A stretch of 29,516 bases of DNA from a virus (taxonomy: Duplodnaviria > Caudoviricetes). Shown piece after piece: positions 22,454 through 29,516 of this stretch (positions are counted from its first letter, which is position 1; every line of letters begins with the position of its first letter). The notes under the pieces are model-generated. The model ran no database searches. It had not been told where the DNA came from and was given only the letters and a program-made list of their open reading frames with translations. The position numbers and the translations under genes were made by a program. The stretch covers positions 1 through 29,516 of the IMG/VR virus record IMGVR_UViG_3300047308_000065, one strand, 5' to 3'.

Positions 22454-22630
22454 TTAACCTTTACGAACTTTCGGTGCCAGGGCTCCCTGTATCCACAGGA
22501 TGAGCTTGCCTCCTTCGGGAACGGTCGCGGTGTTGAAGCCGTCGCGCTGGAGCGTCGCGTCGACTTCGGGACCAGAAACGAGCTTGGTTTTGCCGTTCTT
22601 GTCCACCGAGATGGTTGTGGCGATTCTCAT
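22454..22630 (-). CDS. Small protein downstream of the capsid gene, 58 aa (not in ORF track)
   Basis: MRIATTISVDKNGKTKLVSGPEVDATLQRDGFNTATVPEGGKLILWIQGALAPKVRKG fills the gap with codon usage like its neighbours. Confidence 0.68.
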   Translation of the reverse strand: MRIATTISVDKNGKTKLVSGPEVDATLQRDGFNTATVPEGGKLILWIQGALAPKVRKG

Positions 22631-22641
22631 GAGTCAGCCGA

Positions 22642-24798
22642 TTAGGAGGTGATCAAAACCTCGGCCTGCGTGGTGTCCGCAGCCGCGGCGCCGAACATGA
22701 TGTCGTAGGACGCCATGTGAGCGCGGGTGGCGCGGCTGTACCAGACCGACAGCAGGACCGACAGGCCATTGGACAGCTCGACCGTGCGCTGCTCGAGGAA
22801 CTCGCCGGCGATCATTCCGACCGGGAGGCCCGAGGCCACCGCGATGGCGTCCTGGCCGCAGACGAAGCCGGCGGTGTTGGCGATGGCGCCGGTCCAGTCG
22901 TTCTGCTCCAAGATGTTGGCGAATCCAAAGTATCCGTTGTTCAGGGGGCCGTAGCGGCTGTCGGGGAACGGGTTCGTGCCGGCGGAAGCAGTCAACTGGC
23001 CGGAGAACATCAGGCGAGCCAGGTGGCCACCGTCGAGCAGCAGCAGCTTCTGGCGGTAGTTCTTGGCCAGGGCGAGGATGGCCGGGAGGTCGGAGCTGTC
23101 GAAGTTGGCAGCCGTGCCGATAGCCGTTCCGGCGCCGTAGTTGGTCGAGGTCATCACCGCGGTGACCTTCTTGGAGATCGCCAAGGCGAAGATCTCGGCA
23201 GATCCCTGAGACAGGTCGGAGAGGGCGAAGCCCTGGTTGAGCTCCTGCTGGGTGACCGTGAAGGTCTTGGTGATCTGGTTCACCGTCACCGAGGTGGCGG
23301 CCAGGGTCGATTGGTTGGCAGCGCCGTCCTCGAAGTTGGTGGCGTTGTCGACCGCGGCGTCGCCGGTGGTGAACTTCTTAACCTGCACCGTCGCACGGGG
23401 ACGGAGGTTATCCAGGCCGACGTTGCGGGTGAAGTTGCTGATCATGGCCAGCTTGGCGCTGATCACGGTGATCACGGCGTCGGCGAGGTAGTCGACAACC
23501 AGGCCCGAGGCGAAGGTGTTCGCGTTCTGGGGAGCGATCAACGCCGACTGGCGGAGCAGTTCGCTGTGGTTCTCAACCAGGAAGCGCTGGCGCTCGGCAC
23601 CGGCGCGAAGGCTCTTGTGCTTCTCCAGGAGCGGGTTACCCAGGTTCTGGATCACCGGCCGGAGCGGCTCGGGGGCGGGGGCGGCGGTGATGCCCTTGGC
23701 GCTGATGGCAGCGGCAACGGCCTTGGCCACGATGGCGTCGATGTCGAGGGCGGACGGCGCACTAGGAGCGGCCGCCACCACGGTGTTTGTATCAGTCATG
23801 TTGTGTGGTGTCTGCTGTGATGTCGGCGCGGTTGTCGCGCCATCGGCGGCAGCGTCGGTGCTGCCGGTCGAAAGTTTGTCATCCGGAGATTCATCCGGGG
23901 TCTCGCCCTCCTCGATTTCGAGCTGGGCATAAAGCGCTTGGAACCAATCACGGCCTGCGGCGCCGCCCCAGAGGTTAGCGGAGACATCAGCCGGGGTGTT
24001 GGGCTCGGCATCCAGGAAGCGCTCGTTGCGAGCCCACCAGGCGTTAGCTTTCTGGATCTTGGCCTCGTTGGGGGCCTCACCGGCCACCATGGCCTCGGCC
24101 TCTAGCACGGTCTCCTTTTCGAGGCCTTCACCAGCCAGGCCTTGGGCGTACTGCTCGAGGCCGCGGCGAAGGTTGTTTTTGACGGTCTCCGGGGCAGTCT
24201 TGGTGACAGCCCGGGGGTGCCAGCAGGCGGCGATGGCCATCTGCTCCTCGGTCATCTTGTCGGCCAGGCCGAACTGGATGGCCTCCTGGGCGGTGAACCA
24301 GGTCTCCTCTTTCATGGCAGCCCGGATCTGAGAGGTCGGGCGGCCGGTCACCTTCGAGTAGATACCAGCCAGCACCTCGGCGTGCTGATCCAAAGCATCG
24401 GCCATCTTCCGCATCTCCTCCGAGGTGCCTGCCACCATTCCGGAGGGGTCGTGAATCATGAACAGGGCGGCGTCGGCGATCTCAACGGTGTCACCTGCCA
24501 GAGCGATAATCGAAGCAATCGAGGCAGCAATACCGACCACCCGGGTGGTGACGGGCGCCTGCCGGCCTCGCAGCATATTGTAGATGGCCAGGCCATCCCA
24601 GACGTTTCCGCCGGGGCTGTTGATCTCGATCACCAGGGGGCCTTGGCCGACGTCCTGCAGGGCCTGGCTGAAGGCCTTGGCTGAAATACCGGAGCCACCG
24701 AACCAGTCCTCACCGATCTGATCGAAGATCTGGAGTGTGGCCGGCTCCGAGGCCGAGGCCCGGGGCTGGTAGGAAAGCCAGTTGTTGATCTTGGTCAT
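22642..24798 (-). CDS. ClpP-like (S14) prohead protease fused to major capsid protein
   Basis: INSPGGNV, GIAASIAS (Ser), MIHDP (His) and ETWFTAQEAIQFGLAD, then a linker and a ~300-aa capsid-like domain ending YDIMFGAA. No other capsid candidate is present. Confidence 0.85.
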   Translation of the reverse strand: MTKINNWLSYQPRASASEPATLQIFDQIGEDWFGGSGISAKAFSQALQDVGQGPLVIEINSPGGNVWDGLAIYNMLRGRQAPVTTRVVGIAASIASIIALAGDTVEIADAALFMIHDPSGMVAGTSEEMRKMADALDQHAEVLAGIYSKVTGRPTSQIRAAMKEETWFTAQEAIQFGLADKMTEEQMAIAACWHPRAVTKTAPETVKNNLRRGLEQYAQGLAGEGLEKETVLEAEAMVAGEAPNEAKIQKANAWWARNERFLDAEPNTPADVSANLWGGAAGRDWFQALYAQLEIEEGETPDESPDDKLSTGSTDAAADGATTAPTSQQTPHNMTDTNTVVAAAPSAPSALDIDAIVAKAVAAAISAKGITAAPAPEPLRPVIQNLGNPLLEKHKSLRAGAERQRFLVENHSELLRQSALIAPQNANTFASGLVVDYLADAVITVISAKLAMISNFTRNVGLDNLRPRATVQVKKFTTGDAAVDNATNFEDGAANQSTLAATSVTVNQITKTFTVTQQELNQGFALSDLSQGSAEIFALAISKKVTAVMTSTNYGAGTAIGTAANFDSSDLPAILALAKNYRQKLLLLDGGHLARLMFSGQLTASAGTNPFPDSRYGPLNNGYFGFANILEQNDWTGAIANTAGFVCGQDAIAVASGLPVGMIAGEFLEQRTVELSNGLSVLLSVWYSRATRAHMASYDIMFGAAAADTTQAEVLITS

Positions 24799-26330
24799 TC
24801 TGATTTCTTGGATCTGGGTTTCCGTTTCTTGGTTGCAGCAACCACCTCCTGGGGAGGCTCAGACGGGATGGCCTCGGGCATAGTTTCCGAGGGCTCCTGC
24901 TCGATGGCCATCTCGGCCGGCTCGGGTGCGATAGGCTGCTTCTGGGCCGTCGAGATCTCGGAGACATCGAGGCCGTATTTAGTGGCCAGGTCTTGGATGT
25001 ATCGGGCTTGCTGGGCCTTGGCTTCCAGCGCTGAACGCCAGTCGATGCCTCGTGCGCCGTAAATCTCGTCGTAGGTTGTGACGCCGGCACCAAGTTCTGC
25101 GAGTTGTGCGGCAGAGTTGCGGCCGACGTCGACGTTAGGCGAACGGGGCGCCTGGATGGCCACCTCGTACCAATCATCGGGAGAATCGCGGAGGCTGGGG
25201 TCGGTGCGGATGGCGTATTCCATCACATATTCCCAGATCCGACGGGCGGCCGAGGCCATCACCTGGTGACGGCTCCGGAACCACACCGACGACATATCCA
25301 GGGCGCCGCGGTAGACCGTGCCCTGCATTCCCTCTGGGAACACTAGGACGTAGGGGATACCGACGCCGGCACAGACCTTTTCGGTCAGGCTTCGCCAATA
25401 TTCGCGCATATTGACGTTGGGGCGGTCGGCCTGGAACTGCTCGAACTCGTCACCGGACTTCAGCACCTTGACCGTGCTGCCGAACACATTCTCGTAGTAC
25501 GTCTGGGCAGTGCCTTGGCTACCAACCACACCGGAGCGTAGGCTGCTGGCCTGCACCTCCCCGGAGCTGGTCTTGATCACCTGGGCCACGCTTGAGGCCA
25601 GCTTGCAGGATTCCATCTCCAGCTTCTGGAGGTCGTCCAGGTCGTGCAGGTCGTTAATGACGCACGCCACGAAGGGCAGGCCGCGGAGCTGGCCGGCACG
25701 CTGGGCCTCGTAGATGTGGACGATGGAGTCGGACGATATCGAACGGACTTCGGTGAGTTGGCCTTGGTTCGTTTCCTGCCCAATAAAGTAGGAAAGAGCG
25801 CGGCCCGTCTTGGTATCGAACCGGACTCCATCGAAGATGTCCGGAGATTGCTCCTGGCCGGTAGGTGTCGCCACCTGTTGCGGTTCAATGAGCTGCAGAC
25901 GGGGGCGGCCCGAGTCGCCCTTGGTCAGAAGCAGGAAGGATTCGCCATCGTAGAACCAGCCACGGGCGGCCAGGCTCATGAGGGTGCCGAAAGACTGCCG
26001 GGATCCGATGTCCGGATATCGGCACCAGGTGTCCCACCATTTCTTGGCGCGGAGATTCCAGTCAGGATTCGAGGAAGCCGGCTGCACCGAGAAGTTGCTG
26101 CCGACCGTGTAGTTCTCGAACAGGTCGCCCAGGCGGTTCATCACCGCGTTGTTCTGCTCGAAGAATCGGGACTTCCGAACGATCTGCTGCCGGGTTGAGG
26201 CAGTGACATCGAACCGCACCGAGGTGTAGCTGGTATCGAGGAAGGAACGCCGGATCGAGTTGGACGCGCCCTCGTAGCGGTTTACGGGGGCAGACCGGAA
26301 CTTAGCCAGGATGGTGTCGATGAATCCCAT
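24795..26330 (-). CDS. Portal protein, lambda family
   Basis: YEGA, SRFFEQNN, DGESF, LQLIEP, DGVRFD..GR, RAGQLRGLP and RGIDW motifs. Confidence 0.92.
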   Translation of the reverse strand: MGFIDTILAKFRSAPVNRYEGASNSIRRSFLDTSYTSVRFDVTASTRQQIVRKSRFFEQNNAVMNRLGDLFENYTVGSNFSVQPASSNPDWNLRAKKWWDTWCRYPDIGSRQSFGTLMSLAARGWFYDGESFLLLTKGDSGRPRLQLIEPQQVATPTGQEQSPDIFDGVRFDTKTGRALSYFIGQETNQGQLTEVRSISSDSIVHIYEAQRAGQLRGLPFVACVINDLHDLDDLQKLEMESCKLASSVAQVIKTSSGEVQASSLRSGVVGSQGTAQTYYENVFGSTVKVLKSGDEFEQFQADRPNVNMREYWRSLTEKVCAGVGIPYVLVFPEGMQGTVYRGALDMSSVWFRSRHQVMASAARRIWEYVMEYAIRTDPSLRDSPDDWYEVAIQAPRSPNVDVGRNSAAQLAELGAGVTTYDEIYGARGIDWRSALEAKAQQARYIQDLATKYGLDVSEISTAQKQPIAPEPAEMAIEQEPSETMPEAIPSEPPQEVVAATKKRKPRSKKSE

Positions 26331-26737
26331 CAGGTCATCCCCGTTCTGATGGCGCCCTCTCGACGGAAGTTCGAGAAGTCACCGCCGTAACTGGTCACAG
26401 CGACCAGCACGACGGCCATTATCTTGTTGAAGATCTGGGTGTCGGTAGGGGCGGCGATGCCGTCCTGGCCGAGTAGGTAGACAGCCAGCTCGTAGTCGGC
26501 GATCAGGCTTTCCCACATCTCGACCATCTCGGAAGGCGTGGGGGCGCCCTTACCGGGCTCGGCAAACTCGACCGAGACATCCGAGGAAGACGTCGACCGA
26601 ACAACCTGGCCGGACTCGATCACCGAGGCCGCGGCAATGACCTTAGAGGTCAGGGCGGCCAGCAGTGTGGCGCCACCGAGGGCGCTGTAGACACTGCGAA
26701 GATAGGCACGCTTGATTGCGACCGTGAAAGTGATCAC
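26330..26737 (-). CDS. Head completion/adaptor protein (lambda gpW position)
   Basis: 135 aa between large terminase and portal. Function is positional. Confidence 0.55.
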   Translation of the reverse strand: MITFTVAIKRAYLRSVYSALGGATLLAALTSKVIAAASVIESGQVVRSTSSSDVSVEFAEPGKGAPTPSEMVEMWESLIADYELAVYLLGQDGIAAPTDTQIFNKIMAVVLVAVTSYGGDFSNFRREGAIRTGMT

Positions 26738-26783
26738 CTCGGGCTGGAGGCTCCCACATTCTTTTGCCTGTTCAATGGCTTAG

Positions 26784-28634
26784 CTAAGACTGGACATCAC
26801 TTGACGCTAGGTCATTCCAAAGCATCACCATGGCCAGTTGCATGATCTCGCAGTCATGCAGATGGTCGGGCCACTTTTGGTTCCGTTTCACCCAGACGTG
26901 TTTGATCCGGCCGGCTCGGTTGGCTTGGGGCCGCAGCAGGTGGGAGTCGAGGTGACGCCAGTAGAGATCCGGATCGGCCACATAGGCGCCTTCGGCCTGG
27001 ACGGTGGGCGGCTCCTGGTGGACGCCCCATTCCCGGTCGATGTCGCCCTTCCGGAGCCTGGACAGCATATCCCGGAGGTGCTCGGTGTCGAACACCAGGA
27101 GGGGCTGCACCACGTCGGTACGCATCGAGGAAGACGTCGACAGGCCGAACGGGTGCACGGCTCCGGTGGCTGTCGTGAACCGGGCTCCGGTCTCCCGGCC
27201 TTTGAGCGGCAGCCATCCTACCAGGGCAGGCTTTCGGAGACCGCCCTCCGGTGGGAACCGCAGGCCGCATGGGTAGCTGATAGGGTTGGACGTCACCGAG
27301 GAATAACTGCCGCAGGCATCGTAGACCGTCTGGGTGTTAAAGCCTGAGTCGATGCCCACATCCATGTCGTGCACCTCCAATGCCACCTGCACCCGTCTGA
27401 GGGCTGCAAAGTCATCGGCATGGCCGGCAGCCACCAGCGTGCTGTTGCCGTCCTTCCATTCCCGGCAGACCCACCACAGGAACGGCGCCACGGCCTGGAC
27501 GTCTGCTGTGAGGTAGCGGCGGCCTCCGGTGATCGTGACCGCGGCTGATGCCTCGGGGCGTTCCTGCTGCACATCCTGCTGCTCCCACGGCTCGGCCAAG
27601 TTGCCATTTATGAAGCCCTGAAGGCCAGCCATAGATGCCTTGGCCTCGATGAAGGCCACGGCCAGGTGGCCCCAGGTGCATTTACGGTCGGGGCTGTAGA
27701 GGCTCGACAGGTGATAAGATCGAACACCGGGCATGGCGTTTGGATTCTCCGGGCGCCATTGGCCGTGCCGGAGGGCTGCCACCTTGTGGGCGTCGGTGAT
27801 CTTACCGAGGCAGAGCTGGCAGACGTAGTGCGCGGAGGCCCGGATCTTGGCCAGGTCGTGCTTGCCGTCCTCGGTCTTGGCATCGTCCCAGGTCACCTGC
27901 CTCCACTCGAGCTTGATCAGCTCCCGGCAGTGGGGGCAGGGCAGGTAGTAGCGCCGCTGGTCGCCCCGGAGGAAGCGCTGCCAGATCCGGCCTTCGACCA
28001 CCGTGGGCGTGCTGGTCATGAAGGCTTTGCTACTTGAAAAGCTCTTGAGGCGCTGTTCAGCCAGATCCAGGGCGTCGGCCTCCTTGGCGGTAGCCTCGGC
28101 GAACTTGTCCACCTCGTCGGCGATAAGCACCCGTACCGGGCGGCTGGCCAGGTTGGCCGGGCTGTTGGATCCGACGAAAGTCAGGGTCGACCGTGTAAAG
28201 TTCTGCTCTAGGTTGGTGATCTTGTCAGCCTCGGCCGGGAAGCATTCGAGCATGGTCGGGCTGTCCTCGAGCATGGGCAGCCAGCGGCTCTTAGAGAATG
28301 ACCTGGCCAAGTTCTCGGATGGCATCAGCCACAGGGCCGGGCTGGGCTCGTTGGCGATCAGCCAGGCCAGGCCGGCCATCAGGGTGGTGGTTTTGCTGGT
28401 TTGGCTTCCCCAGCACAGTGTCACCTCGGAGACCGATGGATCCTTCCATGCCTCCATGGGCTCCCGGGTGTAGGGCCGTACCGAGGTTGAGAATGGCCCG
28501 GGGTGCTCGGTCTGCCGTTGGGTCAGGCGGAGGTTGGCCTCGGACCATTCGACCACCGTCTGCTGCGGGGTCGGCCGGTAGAGGTTGCGCCGGTAGTCAA
28601 GCAGGGAGCGCTGGAGGTCGGTCAGGATTTCCAT
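26784..28634 (-). CDS. terL: Terminase large subunit, GpA family
   Basis: RPYTREPM, GSQTSKTT (Walker A), LIADEVD (Walker B), STPT, GDQRRYYLPCPHC, SYHLSSLYSP, TADVQ, IDSG and DHLHDCE. Confidence 0.96.
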   Translation of the reverse strand: MEILTDLQRSLLDYRRNLYRPTPQQTVVEWSEANLRLTQRQTEHPGPFSTSVRPYTREPMEAWKDPSVSEVTLCWGSQTSKTTTLMAGLAWLIANEPSPALWLMPSENLARSFSKSRWLPMLEDSPTMLECFPAEADKITNLEQNFTRSTLTFVGSNSPANLASRPVRVLIADEVDKFAEATAKEADALDLAEQRLKSFSSSKAFMTSTPTVVEGRIWQRFLRGDQRRYYLPCPHCRELIKLEWRQVTWDDAKTEDGKHDLAKIRASAHYVCQLCLGKITDAHKVAALRHGQWRPENPNAMPGVRSYHLSSLYSPDRKCTWGHLAVAFIEAKASMAGLQGFINGNLAEPWEQQDVQQERPEASAAVTITGGRRYLTADVQAVAPFLWWVCREWKDGNSTLVAAGHADDFAALRRVQVALEVHDMDVGIDSGFNTQTVYDACGSYSSVTSNPISYPCGLRFPPEGGLRKPALVGWLPLKGRETGARFTTATGAVHPFGLSTSSSMRTDVVQPLLVFDTEHLRDMLSRLRKGDIDREWGVHQEPPTVQAEGAYVADPDLYWRHLDSHLLRPQANRAGRIKHVWVKRNQKWPDHLHDCEIMQLAMVMLWNDLASSDVQS

Positions 28635-29254
28635 GGGTCGGTGTTGTGTAGTGTCTTAAGCGCCACCTCCTGCACCCACCTGGTGAGTTCGATCTCGCAG
28701 TGCTCGGGGTCATGTGGGCTGATCCGGCCTGAGAGTTGTTTGGGCATGGCCTTCAGTAGGGATGCCACCGCCCCGTCGTGCTCCTGCATCACACGGCGCA
28801 CCCAGTCGCCGCTGACTAGGCGTCGTTCCTTCTCGGCCTGGGCGATCACCTCGTCACGGGCGCTCGTTAGGTTCTTGGCTGCGGCTGCATGGATGGCAAC
28901 CAGGCGGCCGGCATCGGCTCGACCGCCCCGGAGGGCATCGACCGCAAGATCGTAGGCTGCACGCTCGATTTGCCTCTGCCGCTCGTAGGCGCCTTCTGGC
29001 GAGTCGTTTGCCGCGGTGGCTGTGTCGATAGGGTTCGAGGCTTCCGCGGGGCGGTAGGGGCCTTCCTGTTCGATTGCGGTGGGTTCTGGTGTGGGCGGTG
29101 TTTCTATGTGTTGCGTCGTGGACTTGGCCCGAATGTTTTTCTTGCGCCAGGCATCGGCGGCCTCGGGACTATGCATAGGCATCCCCTTTGCAGCCAGTTG
29201 GGTGACGTAGCCGTGCGAAACACCGGCGTGCTTGGCGTATTCCCGTTGGGTCAT
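28622..29254 (-). CDS. terS: Terminase small subunit (Nu1-like), 210 aa
   Basis: N-terminal HTH MTQREYAKHAGVSHGYVTQLAAKGMP, coiled coil, and overlap with terL. Start re-called to ATG 29254. Confidence 0.8.
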   Translation of the reverse strand: MTQREYAKHAGVSHGYVTQLAAKGMPMHSPEAADAWRKKNIRAKSTTQHIETPPTPEPTAIEQEGPYRPAEASNPIDTATAANDSPEGAYERQRQIERAAYDLAVDALRGGRADAGRLVAIHAAAAKNLTSARDEVIAQAEKERRLVSGDWVRRVMQEHDGAVASLLKAMPKQLSGRISPHDPEHCEIELTRWVQEVALKTLHNTDPWKS

Positions 29255-29478
29255 GGCTTCAAGGCTCCCAGGATCTCGGGAGGCAGCATCGAGTTGGGCA
29301 CGGTCGAAGCGTACTGCAAAGCCCGGAAAACACCGTCGCGCCTGCTGTCCTGCGGGTTGGGCACGCAATAGCTGGCCAGTTGCTCCGGCGGTGTGCCACG
29401 TTTCATAAGGCGAATAAACCACGCCACGTTTGCCAAGCCGTATTGATCCACAAGAAACTGGATGTGATTGTTTTGCAT
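29251..29478 (-). CDS. Hypothetical protein upstream of terS
   Basis: 75-aa ORF with an A-rich leader and ATGA overlap with terS. Confidence 0.65.
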   Translation of the reverse strand: MQNNHIQFLVDQYGLANVAWFIRLMKRGTPPEQLASYCVPNPQDSRRDGVFRALQYASTVPNSMLPPEILGALKP

Positions 29479-29516
29479 AGATATTGTTTTTTGTGCTTGA
29501 TCACACAGGACGATAG

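Larger units (their letters stand above)
1..29516 (-). mobile_element. Tailed dsDNA bacteriophage genome (siphovirus-like, lambda-type terminase and portal), probably complete or nearly so
   Basis: Packaging, head, tail, lysis, early and replication modules are all present and co-oriented. No host housekeeping genes are seen. Confidence 0.95.

Noticed and set aside
22717-23820. 367-aa plus-strand ORF, and similar long plus-strand ORFs at 3492..4334, 9816..10589, 12220..12960 and 25644..26198
   Set aside because: They are antisense shadows of GC3-rich minus-strand genes, with no recognisable motifs or initiation signals.
26738-26783. Possible internal late promoter (TTGAAC on the minus strand); likewise TTGATC at 10533..10575
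   Set aside because: No acceptable -10 element at canonical spacing, so the evidence is too weak to annotate.
1-29516. Alternative genetic code or stop-codon readthrough
   Set aside because: Core genes are full length and tightly packed under the standard bacterial code, and TAA, TAG and TGA are all used as stops.

Overview
This window looks like a complete or near-complete ~29.5 kb genome of a GC-rich tailed phage with lambda-like packaging. Every credible gene is on the minus strand. In transcription order (right to left): small terminase, GpA-type large terminase, gpW-position protein, lambda-type portal, a ClpP-protease/major-capsid fusion, small head accessory genes, a Peptidase_S74 fibre, a holin/spanin-like cassette without an endolysin, neck and tail genes with a very short tape measure, an 898-aa tail-tip candidate, a metallophosphoesterase, and an early promoter. 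These are followed by a gap-free chain of 20 translationally coupled small genes (lysozyme, two RHH proteins, RuvC-like resolvase, many unknowns), an SSB-like protein, a sigma4/alpha-CTD fusion, a DEDD exonuclease, a structured non-coding leader, a DUF1376-like replication initiator with internal iterons, DnaB and an HTH protein. No integrase, CI-type repressor, DNA polymerase, tRNA, CRISPR array or reverse transcriptase was recognised. The strongest leads are: (i) short peptide 'docking' motifs on neck/head proteins that may pair with two fibre N-terminal domains; (ii) the coupled gene array with direct repeats at gene junctions, which may behave as exchangeable cassettes; (iii) a C4/CI-like switch RNA in front of the replication genes; (iv) a hairpin motif repeated in two early intergenic regions; (v) a 16-bp perfect stem inside a holin-like gene. 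All protein calls come from motif recognition by eye; no database search was run.
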